Assembly (NCBI GenBank): GCA_963708185.1 | Contig: OY970195.1 | Location: 544,001-608,000, forward strand | Direction: 5' to 3' | Length of the DNA stretch: 64,000 nt | Origin: Candidatus Peregrinibacteria bacterium | GTDB lineage: Bacteria > Patescibacteriota > Gracilibacteria > UBA1369 | Shown: positions 10,799 to 22,188 of the stretch, piece after piece | Position numbering within the stretch: the first letter of the stretch is position 1 | Layout: every line of letters begins with the position of its first letter | Program-made: the position numbers and the translations under genes | Notes under the pieces: generated by a model | What the model was told of the DNA's origin: nothing | What the model saw: the letters and a program-made list of their open reading frames with translations, nothing else | Databases searched by the model: none

Positions 10799-11089
10799 AT
10801 GAACACAAAAACCATCCAGCCGCAACGCACCTGTGCGGGCTGCAGAAAGAAGCATGATCAGTCCGACTTATTGGCTGTCACAAGGCTCAAAAACGGAGAG
10901 GTCATCGTCAACGATCCTTACGAACAACGCGGAAGGAGCGTTTATATCTGCAGAAAAAAAGAATGTCTCCGCAAAATCCGTGACCGTAAAGGACAAAATG
11001 GATTACAATACGGACTCAAGGTGCAGATTCCGGAAAACATCTGGAAAATTCTGGAAGAGAAGACCGGTTCCGCCAATTCCACCAAATAA
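10799..11089 (+). CDS. ylxR: YlxR/DUF448 family RNA-binding protein
   Basis: PQRTCAGCR...GRSVYIC...C motif. Confidence 0.85.
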   Translation: MNTKTIQPQRTCAGCRKKHDQSDLLAVTRLKNGEVIVNDPYEQRGRSVYICRKKECLRKIRDRKGQNGLQYGLKVQIPENIWKILEEKTGSANSTK

Positions 11090-11101
11090 ATTGCCGCAGT
11101 T

Positions 11102-14100
11102 ATGAACGCGACGGAAAATTACGACAAGAAATTCGAGGAACGTTACGGAGCCTTGAACGCGCGACAGCAGGAGGCCGTCGACGCCATTGATGGTCCGGTG
11201 CTTGTGGTTGCGGGTCCGGGATCGGGAAAGACCGAACTGCTGAGTCTGCGTGTCGCCAATATCTTGCGCAATACCGACACGCTCGCTTCATCGATCCTGT
11301 GTCTGACCTTTACCGATTCGGCGTCGGTGAACATGCAGAAACGTCTCGAGGGTCTCATCGGTGCCGAAGCCTATAAAGTGACGATCCATACGTTCCATAG
11401 TTTCGGGAGGGAGATCATCGCCCAGAACGCGGAATATTTTTACAAAGGCGCCAACTATTCTCCGGCCGACGAAATCCAGCAGCTGGAAATTCTCCAGGAG
11501 ATTTTTGAAACACTTCCCCACGACAACAGCCTGGATTCCCGACATCCGGAACAGGGATACACCTACATGAAGGAGGTCAGGGAACGTATCGGCGATCTCA
11601 AGAAGGCCGGCCTGGCCCGGACGAATTCAGAAAGCTCCTGGAAGCTGACCGGGTTTTTCTGGAAGAAGCGGCTCCGCTGATCGCGGAGACGTTTGAAGGA
11701 AGAGTGGATAAAAGCATGATCCCCAAAGCCGGAGAGCTGCTCAAAAAACTCGCAGCTCTGACGGACGCCCCGGTCGCTCCCGGGACACGTTCCAAGAGCC
11801 TCAAGGAAAAAATTACGGAGTCGCTGGCACTGGCGCTTGAGCAGGCCGGCGGCGACAAAGGAAGCACGAAGCCCCTCACCGAATGGAAAAACAGTTTCAC
11901 CAAAAAGGACGAAGAGAAAAAAACTGTGCTCAGGGACGCCGCGCGGCTCCGCAAGAATTTCGATCTCGTTCAAATTTACGAAGCCTATCTCCAGAAGCTT
12001 CGCGAGCGCGGCCTTTTTGATTACGACGACATGTTGCTCGACGTCATCCGTGAGCTGGAAAACAGCCCGGATCTGCGCTATACGCTCCAGGAAAAATTCC
12101 TCTACATTCTGGTGGACGAGTTCCAGGATACGAACGGAGCGCAGATGCGTCTGCTTGATCTGCTGCTCGATTCCGAACTTTCCGAAGGTCGTCCCAACAT
12201 CATGGCTGTGGGAGACGACGATCAGTCCATCTACAAGTTCCAGGGCGCCAACGTGGAAAACATTTTGGGTTTTTCCGGAAAATTCGTCGATCCCAAGATC
12301 GTCGTCCTCACCGACAACTACCGTTCAACGCAGGAAATCCTGGACTTCGCCCGTACCGTGGTCCTCCGGGGAGAAGACCGTCTTGAATCCAGACTGGAGA
12401 ACATCCGGAAAGATCTCAAGGCTTCGCGGCAGCACCTTCCCAAAGGGATGCTCCTGCAGAAAGATTTTGAAACCTCCTATGAAGAACTGTTCTGGATGGC
12501 CAAAGAGATTAAGCGCATCCTTGATGAGAAACGATGCGACCCCGGTGAGATAGCGGTGCTCGCTCCAAAACACAAAATTCTCGAAGCGGCGGCAAAAACG
12601 CTCAATTACTTCGGCATTCCCGTGGCCTATGAACGCCAGCAGAACCTGCTCGAAGATCCGCTCATTCACGAGATCGTCACTATTCTGGAATACGTGGATT
12701 CGATGGTCCGCAACGACCGCGACCAGGCCGATCACCTCCTTCCGGAAATTCTGAGTTTCAAGTTCTGGGGCATCAACCGCGTGACGCTGTGGAAGATTTC
12801 GGTCGCGGCTTCCAGATCACGCAAAAAAAACTGGCTCGACATCATGGTGGATTCCGAATCCGCCTCGCTGCGCAACATCGCCAAATTCCTGATGGAACTC
12901 GCCGCGGACGCCAAATCCAAAACCGTCGAGGAGATCATCGACCTCATCACCGGGATCGAGGCCACGGATATCGCCGATGACACCTACGGCGACGACGACC
13001 AGTCGGTGCTGCGGTTCGAGGACAACGTTCCCTACCGCAGTCCGTTCAAGTCTTTTTATTTCAGCGAAGAACGTCTTACCGATCCCGCGAGCGGCTACTT
13101 TGAATACCTTGAAAACCTTCAGGCGTTCATCGCCAAGATCCGTCAGTATAAAGCTGCAAAAGTTCTTTCGTCCGGGGACGTCATCAAGTTCGTGAAGCTT
13201 CTCGACAACAACAAACTTCCGCTCAACCACACTCTTCAGTTGAGCACGAACGACGACGCGGTCCAGTTGATGACGGTGCACAAGGCCAAAGGTCAGGAGT
13301 TCGACAGCGTGTTCGTTCTGAACTGCCAGGATAAAGCATGGGTCAGAAGGCGCGGCGACAAACTTCAGTTCCCTTCTAACCTGCCGCTCTCCGCGGAGAA
13401 CGAAACTCCCGACGACGTGCTTAGACTTTTTTACGTCGCCATCACCCGCGCCAAACATTTCCTGTACCTGACGAGACACCGTTTTGACGACAAGGGCCGC
13501 GAACTGATTCACTTAAGATTTTTAAGCGGCGCGGACGAGCAGGCACAGGGCAGCGGAAAAAGCAGGGAAAGCATCGACATGGAAGCTGCCAAGAGCCGCG
13601 CCGCCAAGGAGTACGGCGCCGAAAAGTTTTTCCAGCTCATCGACGACGTCAGACGACACGAACCCCATTCCGAAGACGAGAAACATCTCCTCAAAGCGAC
13701 GCTCCAGAACTACCGGCTCAGCGTCACCCATTTGAAGAACTTCATCGATGTCGCCAAAGCCGGTCCCCAGGTCTTTCTGGAAAGAAACCTGTTGCGGTTT
13801 CCCCAGATGATCACGCCGAGCCTGGCGTTCGGAAACGCCATGCACAAAGCGCTCGCCAATTTCTATCTCGTTTACAAACGTGAAGGATCACTTCCCGCGC
13901 TGGACTTCCTGCTCAAGAATTTCGAAGAAACGCTCGCGCTGCAGCGGCTCAACGACAACGATTTCAGAAAACAGCTCGGCAGAGGGCGTGAAGACCTGAC
14001 CTGCTTTTATCAGAACCGCAGTGCATTGATCGACCCGCAGGACAAAGTGGAGGTCAATTTCCGCAGCCAACAGGTGGTGGTTGAAGACGTTCCGATTTCC

Positions 14101-14511
14101 GGAGCCATCGACCGCATCCATGCCGTTCCGTCTTCCTCCGAAATTGTGGTGTTCGATTACAAGACCGGAAAAACGTTCGACCGCTGGGAACCTTCCGACG
14201 AGTACCTCCAGTACAAAGCGTGGGACTACAAGATGCAGCTCCAGTTTTACAAAATTCTGGCGGAACATTCGCGTGAGTACCGCGGAAAAGTCGTCCGCAA
14301 AGGCGTACTGGACTTCCTCAAACCCCGCGACGGAAAGATCATGTCGCTGGAACTCGAGATCGCCGACGAAGACGTCGAACGACTCAAGAAACTCATCGCC
14401 GTGGTCTACCGGAAGATCGTCGCTTTGGACTTCCCGGACGTCAGCACGTACGATAAGGATCTCTTCGGCATCGGACACTTTACGGAAGACCTTATTGCCG
14501 GGCGCGTGTAA
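11102..14511 (+). pseudogene. UvrD/PcrA-like helicase with C-terminal PD-(D/E)XK nuclease, split by a 1-nt frameshift near 11615
   Basis: AGPGSGKT, LTFT, TFHSF in 11102-11680; VDEFQD, VGDDDQSIY, NYRS, MTVHKAKGQE, YVAITRA, GAIDR..DYKTG in the second frame, which is open from about 11617. Confidence 0.8.
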
Positions 14512-14587
14512 AGCGGTCGCACAATTTTCTTGACGGTGAGTGGACACTCACCTACACTGAAAGATGTTCAATTTTCTTCACAACTTT

Positions 14588-15700
14588 ATGGAAATTCTCT
14601 ACGTCATCATCGGGCTCGCCGCCATTTGTATAGCGGGCGCGCTCGTCTACCTCATTTCGGAACTGCAGAAACTCAAGAAACCCCAGGACGAAACGTCGCA
14701 AAAGCTGATGCTCGACGTGATGGAAAAGCTGCGCGTGTCGGTCCAGGACAGCGACGATAAAACGCGCAAGACGCTTCAGGATCAGCTGGATAAGATGACC
14801 AAACAGCTGGCCGAACATCAAAAAGGTTCACTCGATACCCTGCAGAAACAGTTCGGGCAGAGCGCCAAGATTATCGAAGAGGTCACCAAAAAACTCACCA
14901 AGCTCGACGAGACGAACAAACAGGTCGTCGGCTTCGCGGAACAGATGAAGAGTCTGGAAAACATTCTCAAGAATCCGAAACAGCGCGGTATTCTGGGTGA
15001 ATATCTCCTGGAGTCGCTCCTCGGCAACATCCTCGCACCCGACCAGTTCCAGATGCAGTACAAGTTCAAGAACGGTGAAATCGTGGACGCCGCGATCTTC
15101 TTCAAGGACAAGATTATTCCCATCGACGCCAAATTTTCGCTGGAAAAATACAACGAGATCATGCAGGAGAACGACAAAAAACGCCGAGAGTCCCTGGAAA
15201 AAGAGTTCAAGACCGATCTCAAGAACCGCATCGACGAAACCTCCAAATACATCCGCCCGGTGGAGAACACCACGGATTTCGCTTTCATGTTCCTTCCGGC
15301 CGAGGGCATCTACTACAACCTGCTCGTCTACAACGTGGGTACGGTGGAAGTGAACACGCAGGATCTTATTGAATACGCTTTCAAGAAACACGTCATCATC
15401 GTGTCCCCCACTTCGTTCTTTGCCTACCTGGAAACGGTTTTGCAGGGATTGAAAGCTTTGAAGATGGAAGAGTCCGTCCAGGACATCGTCAAAAAAGTCG
15501 GCGAACTCGGCCGCCATTTAAAGAGCTACCAGACCTACATGGTCAAACTCGGCAACAATCTCGGAACGACGGTGAGCATGTATAACCAGGCCTCGCACGA
15601 GTTCAAGAAGATCGACAAGGACGTCTATAAAATCTCCGACGGACAGGAGCAGATCGGCGCGGAGCTGCCGCTGCTGGAGAAACCCGGCGTTGACGATTAG
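14588..15700 (+). CDS. rmuC: DNA recombination protein RmuC
   Basis: N-terminal TM and coiled coil; KQRGILGE, IPIDAKF, FAFMFLPAEGIY, VSPTS. Confidence 0.92.
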   Translation: MEILYVIIGLAAICIAGALVYLISELQKLKKPQDETSQKLMLDVMEKLRVSVQDSDDKTRKTLQDQLDKMTKQLAEHQKGSLDTLQKQFGQSAKIIEEVTKKLTKLDETNKQVVGFAEQMKSLENILKNPKQRGILGEYLLESLLGNILAPDQFQMQYKFKNGEIVDAAIFFKDKIIPIDAKFSLEKYNEIMQENDKKRRESLEKEFKTDLKNRIDETSKYIRPVENTTDFAFMFLPAEGIYYNLLVYNVGTVEVNTQDLIEYAFKKHVIIVSPTSFFAYLETVLQGLKALKMEESVQDIVKKVGELGRHLKSYQTYMVKLGNNLGTTVSMYNQASHEFKKIDKDVYKISDGQEQIGAELPLLEKPGVDD

Positions 15701-15784
15701 TTTCAGCTCAGCTGAGGTTTGACTTTTCAGCCCGTTTTGCCTAGACTGCTTACGCTAATCCAGCGTTTTTAAGCCAATTTTTTC

Positions 15785-18040
15785 GTGCCTACCAAGAAAA
15801 CCCCAGCCCAAAAAACGACCAAGACGGCCAAAACCGTTAAGAGTTCAACGAGGGCTGCATCCAAAAAAACGAAAGCGCCCGCCACGTCTTCCGCCAAAAC
15901 AACCAAGCAAACGGCGGCAAAGGCTCCCTCAAAAATTTCAAAAAAAGTTGAAGAAACGAAGCAGGCTGCTCCTGCTCCGCAAGCCGCTGCCCAGCAACCG
16001 GCTCCAGTTCAACAGCAACCAAAACCGCAACAGCAGCCTCACCACAAACCCCATGAAGCACCAAAGCGCGCGGGTTTTGCCGAAGACATTCTGGGACCAA
16101 CGAATAAAACTCCGGAAGAACAGGCCGATATTTATGACGAGCTCATCTCTCAGCAGATGGAGCGCGAAATTGTCCGCAGTCAGCGCAAACAGACCGCTGG
16201 AAAGGACAGCGGCAAGAAAGGCCACAAGAAACATACTTTTTATCAGCAGCCCAAACCGGTGACCGACCGCGTGGTGGAAATTCCCGAGGTCATTACCGTG
16301 AAAGAGTTTTCGGAAAAGACGGGCATCGGCGCGGCCAAGGTGATCGGTGAATTGATGAAGAACGGCATTCTCGCCAACATCAACCAGCAGATTGACTACG
16401 ATACCGCGCAGATTATTGCCGACGATCTTCATATTCAGATCAAGAAAAAACGCGGTGAAGGTTCCGCGGAAGACGTGTTCAGCGGAAACCTCGACGCGCT
16501 GTTACAACAGGACGAAGCCGCGGATCTGCAGACCAGACCGCCGATCGTGGTGGTGATGGGGCACGTTGACCACGGAAAAACCAAACTCCTCGACTATATT
16601 CGACAATCCAACGTGGTGGCCGGTGAGGCTGGTGGTATTACCCAGCACATTGGCGCCTACCAGGTGGTCAAGAACGACCGCAGGATCACGTTTCTGGACA
16701 CTCCGGGTCACGAAGCCTTCACGGCCATGCGTGCCCGCGGCGCCAAAGTCACGGACATCGCCATTCTGGTGGTGGCCGCGGATGAGGGCGTGAAACCCCA
16801 GACGATTGAAGCCATCCAACATGCCCAGGACGCGGGAGTACCGATCATTGTTGCTATCAATAAGATTGATAAAGAGAACGCCCAGCCGGATAAAGTAAAA
16901 GGCGAACTCGGCGAGTTCGGCCTGGTGCCGGAAGAATGGGGCGGTTCCACCATCATGGTGCCCGTGTCGGCCATGACCGGCCTGGGTATGGACCAGCTTT
17001 TGGAAATGATTTTGCTGGTTGCCGACGTTGCCAATTTAAAGGCAAACCCCAATCGTGAAGCCGTGGGAACAGTGATTGAAGCGCATCTGGATCAAAGCCT
17101 CGGCCCCATCGCAACGATCATCGTCAATACCGGAACCCTGAAAATCGGTAATAATTTTGTGTTGGGAAGTACCTACGGCCGCGTGAAAGTGATGAAGGAC
17201 AGCACCGGGAAAAACATCCTGGAAGCCGGCCCGTCCGTGCCCGTGCTGATCGCCGGACTTTCCGCATCCCCGCAGTCCGGTGACATTTTGCACGTAGTGC
17301 CCAACGAACAGGCAGCACGAAGCCAGGCCCTCAATGTTCAGACCCTCAAAGACGCCGAACTGCTCAAAAAACGCGGGGTTGGTGAAATCATGTCGCAGAT
17401 CAGTTCCGGTCAGCTCAAACAACTCAAACTCGTACTCAAGGCGGACACCAAAGGTTCGCTCGAAGCCTTGAAACAGTCCATCGCCCAGATCAAGAACGAA
17501 AGCGTGGGCGTAAAAATCATTCTGTCCGGGGTTGGGAATGTGACGGAATCCGACGTATTGATGGCGGCAGCCGGAGGCGGCATCGTCATGGGCTTCAATG
17601 CCGAAGTCAATCTGAAGGTCAAAAAAATGGCTGAACGCGAGCACGTTGAAGTTCTCCAATATTCCGTGATCTATAAACTCTTCGACGACATCAAGAAAAT
17701 CCTTACCGGTCTCCTGGAACCTGAAATCGTGGAAAATATCCTGGGCCGCGCAGAGGTCAAACAGATCTTCCTCACCGAAAAACGCGAAATGATCGTGGGC
17801 TGCAAAGTCATCAAGGGCCACGTGGAAAACAAGGCCAAGGTCCGCATCTTCCGCAACAGCGCCCAGGGAGAGGAAAAAGTCGGCGACGGCACGATCGTTT
17901 CTTTGAAGAGTTTTGAAAAGAACGTCACCGAGGTCAGCGAAGGCAACGACTGCGGCGTACGTTACGAAGGTTTCATGCCGCTGCTCGAAGGCGACATCCT
18001 GGAAGCCTACAAGATGGAGAAGAGGATCAGGACCTTATAA
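15785..18040 (+). CDS. infB: Translation initiation factor IF-2
   Basis: MGHVDHGKT, GGITQHIGAY, DTPGHEAF, NKID; GTG start. Confidence 0.97.
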   Translation: MPTKKTPAQKTTKTAKTVKSSTRAASKKTKAPATSSAKTTKQTAAKAPSKISKKVEETKQAAPAPQAAAQQPAPVQQQPKPQQQPHHKPHEAPKRAGFAEDILGPTNKTPEEQADIYDELISQQMEREIVRSQRKQTAGKDSGKKGHKKHTFYQQPKPVTDRVVEIPEVITVKEFSEKTGIGAAKVIGELMKNGILANINQQIDYDTAQIIADDLHIQIKKKRGEGSAEDVFSGNLDALLQQDEAADLQTRPPIVVVMGHVDHGKTKLLDYIRQSNVVAGEAGGITQHIGAYQVVKNDRRITFLDTPGHEAFTAMRARGAKVTDIAILVVAADEGVKPQTIEAIQHAQDAGVPIIVAINKIDKENAQPDKVKGELGEFGLVPEEWGGSTIMVPVSAMTGLGMDQLLEMILLVADVANLKANPNREAVGTVIEAHLDQSLGPIATIIVNTGTLKIGNNFVLGSTYGRVKVMKDSTGKNILEAGPSVPVLIAGLSASPQSGDILHVVPNEQAARSQALNVQTLKDAELLKKRGVGEIMSQISSGQLKQLKLVLKADTKGSLEALKQSIAQIKNESVGVKIILSGVGNVTESDVLMAAAGGGIVMGFNAEVNLKVKKMAEREHVEVLQYSVIYKLFDDIKKILTGLLEPEIVENILGRAEVKQIFLTEKREMIVGCKVIKGHVENKAKVRIFRNSAQGEEKVGDGTIVSLKSFEKNVTEVSEGNDCGVRYEGFMPLLEGDILEAYKMEKRIRTL

Positions 18041-18126
18041 TCCGCACGATATCATGCGGGTTCACTTTTAAGACTCTGTTCATCAAACCTTCATGCCTCA
18101 GATGGTATTTTAGACGTGCCGGTCCA

Positions 18127-18176
18127 TTGACCGTTTTCGATTTGAAGTGTACACTTAAGGTACATCTTAAATGTAC
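18127..18176 (+). promoter_or_regulatory. TA operon promoter with palindromic operators
   Basis: TTGACC-N17-TACACT; overlapping imperfect palindromes TGTACacttaagGTACA and GTACATcttaaATGTAC. Confidence 0.55.
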
Positions 18177-18179
18177 ACC

Positions 18180-18431
18180 ATGACCACCAAATTCATCGGC
18201 CTCAAACAGTTCCGCCAAAACCTTGCCGGTTATACCAAAGAAGCAAAAATGAAAAATATCCGTTTTATCATCCTCAAAAAGAATGTTCCGGTCCTTGAAG
18301 TGAAGGCGCTCGACGAAAAAGAGTTTGCTTATGAAAAACTGGCGGCGGAAATAGCCGAGGCCCGCAAACAGGTTAAAGAAGGCAAGGTCTACACCCAGGA
18401 AGAGATCATGAAAGAGTTTGGTTTAAGCTAA
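18180..18431 (+). CDS. Type II antitoxin (Phd/YefM-like)
   Basis: IGLKQFRQNL N-terminus; EARKQVKEGKVYTQEEI C-terminus; directly upstream of RelE. Confidence 0.75.
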   Translation: MTTKFIGLKQFRQNLAGYTKEAKMKNIRFIILKKNVPVLEVKALDEKEFAYEKLAAEIAEARKQVKEGKVYTQEEIMKEFGLS

Positions 18432-18434
18432 TGT

Positions 18435-18704
18435 ATGCATCACGTCATTTATACCCAGACCGCCAGGGAAGATCTCAAGATGTTGGAAAACAAAACCGCT
18501 CAACGAATCATTGGTAAAATATTCCATTACAGCCAGCAGAAAGATCCACTCTCTTTTGCCAAAAGCCTTACCGATTCCGATATCGGCAGGTTCCGTTTCC
18601 GCATCGGCGATTACCGTGCCATCTTTGACGTCGATAGTAAGGGCAAAATCTACATCCTGATGATTTTGCGCATCAAACATCGCAAAGATATTTATAGGGT
18701 GTAA
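18435..18704 (+). CDS. Type II toxin, RelE/ParE family
   Basis: YTQTAREDL...FRFRIGDYRAIF...IKHRKDIY. Confidence 0.9.
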   Translation: MHHVIYTQTAREDLKMLENKTAQRIIGKIFHYSQQKDPLSFAKSLTDSDIGRFRFRIGDYRAIFDVDSKGKIYILMILRIKHRKDIYRV

Positions 18705-18855
18705 AGCTTTTATCTTCCCAAACTGTCTCTGATTTTCAATACCTTCCCAGGCCATACCCATGGCCTGAAACCGTATTGGATTTTGCAGTGGTTTGAACGC
18801 AGCCAAAGAAGGTCGCCGCTGCTCTGACATCATCAATTCTGCCATCATCAATCAA

Positions 18856-18882
18856 AAAAGCCCCTCAGTTCCGAGGGGCTTT
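18856..18882. terminator. Intrinsic terminator downstream of hup
   Basis: AAAAGCCCCTC-AGTTCC-GAGGGGCTTT. Confidence 0.75.
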
Positions 18883-18915
18883 CGATTTCTTTGTAAATCC
18901 TCGCGGATTTCGCAA

Positions 18916-19194
18916 TTAACCACGAACTGCATCCTTCAAAGATTTGCCTGCCTTGAAAGCCGGAAGCTTCATGGCCGGGATCTTGATTTTCTGGCTTGGG
19001 TTGCGTGGGTTCACACCGGTGCGAGCTGCGCGCTTGGAAACGCGGAAAGTTCCGAAACCGGTCACGGTCACGTTTTCACCCTTTTTGAGAGACTTTGTGA
19101 TGCCTGCGAGTACTGCTTCGAGCACATCGCCTGCTGCTTTTTTGGTAACGCCTGCTGACTTTGCAGCTGCGTCAACGAGATCTTGCTTTGTCAT
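18916..19194 (-). CDS. hup: DNA-binding protein HU
   Basis: MTKQDLV...GFGTF..KRAARTGVNP...PAFKAGKSLKDAV. Confidence 0.95.
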   Translation of the reverse strand: MTKQDLVDAAAKSAGVTKKAAGDVLEAVLAGITKSLKKGENVTVTGFGTFRVSKRAARTGVNPRNPSQKIKIPAMKLPAFKAGKSLKDAVRG

Positions 19195-19340
19195 GTTTCT
19201 GTTGATTAAGAAATAAGATGACTCGCCTATTATATGGCTTCCACAGCAGAATACAAGCCCAAAGCACGTTATTATGGCTTTTCTGCACGTTTTCTCTATA
19301 ATATATCCGGTTTCAAGCTCATTTTAACGCCCGGCAGCCT

Positions 19341-19748
19341 ATGTCCGACTCCCCCTCCGAAAAATTCACACTCGTCAAAATCCCGACCCATACCGATCCG
19401 CGCGGCAGTTTAAGCGCGATCGAACTCAAGGACTACGTGGACTGGCCGGTCAAACGCGTTTACTACGTGACGAACGTGACGCAGGACCGGGGCGGCCACG
19501 CGGTTCGCGGCGAAAAAAAGATCTACGTGTGCATGGAAGGCACCATGACCGCAAGAATCCATGACGGCAAAGAGTGGCACGAATTAAAACTTAAAGGCCC
19601 GGAGGACGCCATCGTGATGAACGGCATGTGCTGGCGCGAATTCAAGGACTTCAGCCCGGGCGCCGTCCTCTGCGCCATTTCCAACATGAACTACGAGAAG
19701 GAAAAGTATATTTATGATTTTGAGGTGTTCTTGGGGGAAACGACCTAG
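19341..19748 (+). CDS. FdtA/WxcM-like sugar 3,4-ketoisomerase (cupin)
   Basis: DPRGSL..E, VKRVYY, RGGHA, WREF..FS. Confidence 0.85.
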   Translation: MSDSPSEKFTLVKIPTHTDPRGSLSAIELKDYVDWPVKRVYYVTNVTQDRGGHAVRGEKKIYVCMEGTMTARIHDGKEWHELKLKGPEDAIVMNGMCWREFKDFSPGAVLCAISNMNYEKEKYIYDFEVFLGETT

Positions 19749-19857
19749 CGGTAGCAATGCCGTCTTGATGACATTTTTATGATATTCCCTTTTTTGAATG
19801 AATATTTTTTAGTGTGGAGTATAATTTGAATGCTTATCTTCCTTCTCCCCAATTTTT

Positions 19858-20781
19858 ATGTCAGTTTTTAATAGTTTTACACGTCGGTATGCACTTTCTA
19901 AGACGGTGAGGTTTGAGTTGAAGCCGGTTGGAAAAACTCGTATAAATATTGAAAAAGCTAATCCGAAATTTATTCATGATCAAGAAATTGAAGATGCGTA
20001 TCAGGTTTTGAAGCCGGTGTTTGATAAATTACACGAAGAGTTTATTATCTGCACTTTGAATGGTAAGGAGGCGAAGAAATTGGATGTGACGGAATATTTT
20101 AAGTTGTATCAAAAATTGCGAGCAGAGCAGGATAAAGATAAAAAAGACATGATTGAAAAAAATATTGGAAAAAGGGAAGGGGAATTGCGAAAGTTTTTTG
20201 GTGATATTTATGAAAAATCAGGAAAGCAATTTAAGGTAGATGCTATTGACCAAAATGCAAAAAATATGCTTGTTACCAAATTGGCTAATGCTGCAGATGA
20301 TAAAGAACAGAAGAAAATAAAAAAAGAAATAATGAAATTAGAATTTTTAAAAGAGAAAAGTTACAAAGTTTTGACTGAGGCGGGTATTTTGAAATATATC
20401 AAGGCGAGGATTGATCGTTTTGTAGCGATGGAGTTAAAAACGCGTGATGGGAAATTGGTGAATAAGGCGGATTTGGAGAAAGCATTGGGTACGACTCATT
20501 CAAAAGGTGTATTTGAAGGATTTTTCACTTATTTAAGCGGTTTTAATGAAAATCGTGAGAATTATTATTCTACAGATGAAAAAGCGACTGCAGTGGCAAA
20601 TAGAGTGGTTGGTGAAAACTTGCCAAAATTCTGTGATAACGTTTTAGGTTTTGAAAAACAAAAAAATAAATATTTAGGGATTTATAAGTTTTTGGAAGAT
20701 AAAAACATTGCTTTAAAGGGAAAAAGTCAGGATGGTCAAGATATTGATCTGGAACCGACAAGCAGGTTGGTACAAATATGA
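19858..20781 (+). pseudogene. cas12a: Truncated type V-A CRISPR effector Cas12a (N-terminal 307 aa only)
   Basis: FTRRYALSKTVRFELKPVGKT, DKLHEEFI, FFTYLSGFNENRENYY, NRVVGENLPKFCDN match the Cas12a WED-I/REC1 region; AT-rich; no RuvC part. Confidence 0.9.
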
Positions 20782-20947
20782 CCATTAAGAACCCCCAGTT
20801 TAAGAAAGCGCTGGAGAAAAACATAAGTTTGATCATCAATGATCTTGAACGGGACAGGTATAAAGAATATGAGATCTAGCCTCGGGGAAATATGGCTTTC
20901 CTTTCCTTTTTCCGTATACTATAATCACTGTCCAGTAACTTTGAGCC

Positions 20948-21988
20948 ATGTCCAAGAAAGTTCTTATTACCGGGGGGGCCGGGTTTATCGGGAGTAACTA
21001 CGTTCATTATTATGTGGAGCATCATCCCAAGGATGAGGTCGTGGTGCTGGATAAGCTGACCTATGCCGGGAATATGGATAATATTGCTTCGCTCGTGAAC
21101 GCCAAGAAGGTGCGGTTCGTGGGCGGGGATATTGCGGACCAGAACTATATTTCCAGCTTTTTCCAGACCGAGAAGTTCCATACGGTCATCAATTTTGCGG
21201 CGGAGACGCACGTGGACCGCAGTATTATTGATCCGCATATTTTTGTGCAGACCAACGTGATGGGCACGCATAATCTGCTGCTTTCTTCGCGCGATACGGG
21301 CGTCCAGCGCTACCATCAGATCTCCACGGACGAGGTCTACGGCGACCTGGGCGGCTCCAAAGATTACTTTACGGAAAAGACGCCCATCAATCCGAACTGC
21401 CCGTACGCGGCTTCCAAGGCGGCGGCGGATATTCTGGTGATGTCCTATTTTGAGACCTACAAGATGCCGATTACGATTTCCAGGTGCTCCAACAACTACG
21501 GGCCGTACCAGTTCCCGGAAAAGCTGATCCCGTTCTTTTTCCGGCTGGCTTCGGAAGATAAGCCTTTGCCGGTGTACGGCGATGGCCTAAACGTCCGCGA
21601 CTGGCTTTACGTGCTGGACCACTGCAGCGCGATCGATCTGATTGTTTCCAGCGATAAATACGGCGAGGTCTACAATATTGGCGGGCACAACGAATACACC
21701 AATCTGGAGATCACGCGGCATATTCTGAAGTTTCTGGGCAAGGATGAAAACCTCATCACGTTTGTGGAGGACCGCAAGGCCCACGACAGAAGGTACGCGA
21801 TGGACCCTTCAAAAATCGAACGCGAGCTGGGATGGAAGCCTTCGGTGACCTTTGACCAGGGCATCAAGAAGACTTTTGACTGGTACAAAGCGAATCCGGA
21901 ATGGGTGTCGAAACTTTCAGACCGCAACCACAAGGCATTATACAACACCAAGGTCGTGAGCAAGACGCCGCTCAAGACGACGAGATAG
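20948..21988 (+). CDS. rfbB: dTDP-glucose 4,6-dehydratase
   Basis: TGGAGFIG, DKLTYAGN, AAETHVDRS, STDEVYG, YAASK, NNYGPYQFPEKLIP. Confidence 0.96.
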   Translation: MSKKVLITGGAGFIGSNYVHYYVEHHPKDEVVVLDKLTYAGNMDNIASLVNAKKVRFVGGDIADQNYISSFFQTEKFHTVINFAAETHVDRSIIDPHIFVQTNVMGTHNLLLSSRDTGVQRYHQISTDEVYGDLGGSKDYFTEKTPINPNCPYAASKAAADILVMSYFETYKMPITISRCSNNYGPYQFPEKLIPFFFRLASEDKPLPVYGDGLNVRDWLYVLDHCSAIDLIVSSDKYGEVYNIGGHNEYTNLEITRHILKFLGKDENLITFVEDRKAHDRRYAMDPSKIERELGWKPSVTFDQGIKKTFDWYKANPEWVSKLSDRNHKALYNTKVVSKTPLKTTR

Positions 21989-22008
21989 TTTGAACTGGTG
22001 AACGCGAG

Positions 22009-22188
22009 TTATTTCCAACGGTACAGATGTACGGCGATATACATCGCGAGCAAGCCGAGCAGAAATCCGCCGGAAACCAGCAACGACGTATGGAATGTTG
22101 CCGTCGAGTCCACGAGCCAGGCGACATAGTTGACGATAACGAGCGCGATGATGACGCCGATGATATACACATGGAGAGGTTTTTTCAT
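22009..22188 (-). CDS. Small two-helix membrane protein (59 aa, not in ORF track)
   Basis: Manual translation MKKPLHVYIIGVIIALVIVNYVAWLVDSTATFHTSLLVSGGFLLGLLAMYIAVHLYRWK. Confidence 0.65.
   Translation of the reverse strand: MKKPLHVYIIGVIIALVIVNYVAWLVDSTATFHTSLLVSGGFLLGLLAMYIAVHLYRWK

Noticed and set aside
11600-11640. Programmed ribosomal frameshift
   Set aside because: No slippery sequence or stimulatory structure at the shift site
19750-20950. CRISPR array near the cas12a fragment
   Set aside because: No regularly spaced direct repeats or Cas12a-type TCTAC..GTAGAT repeats seen here or elsewhere in the window
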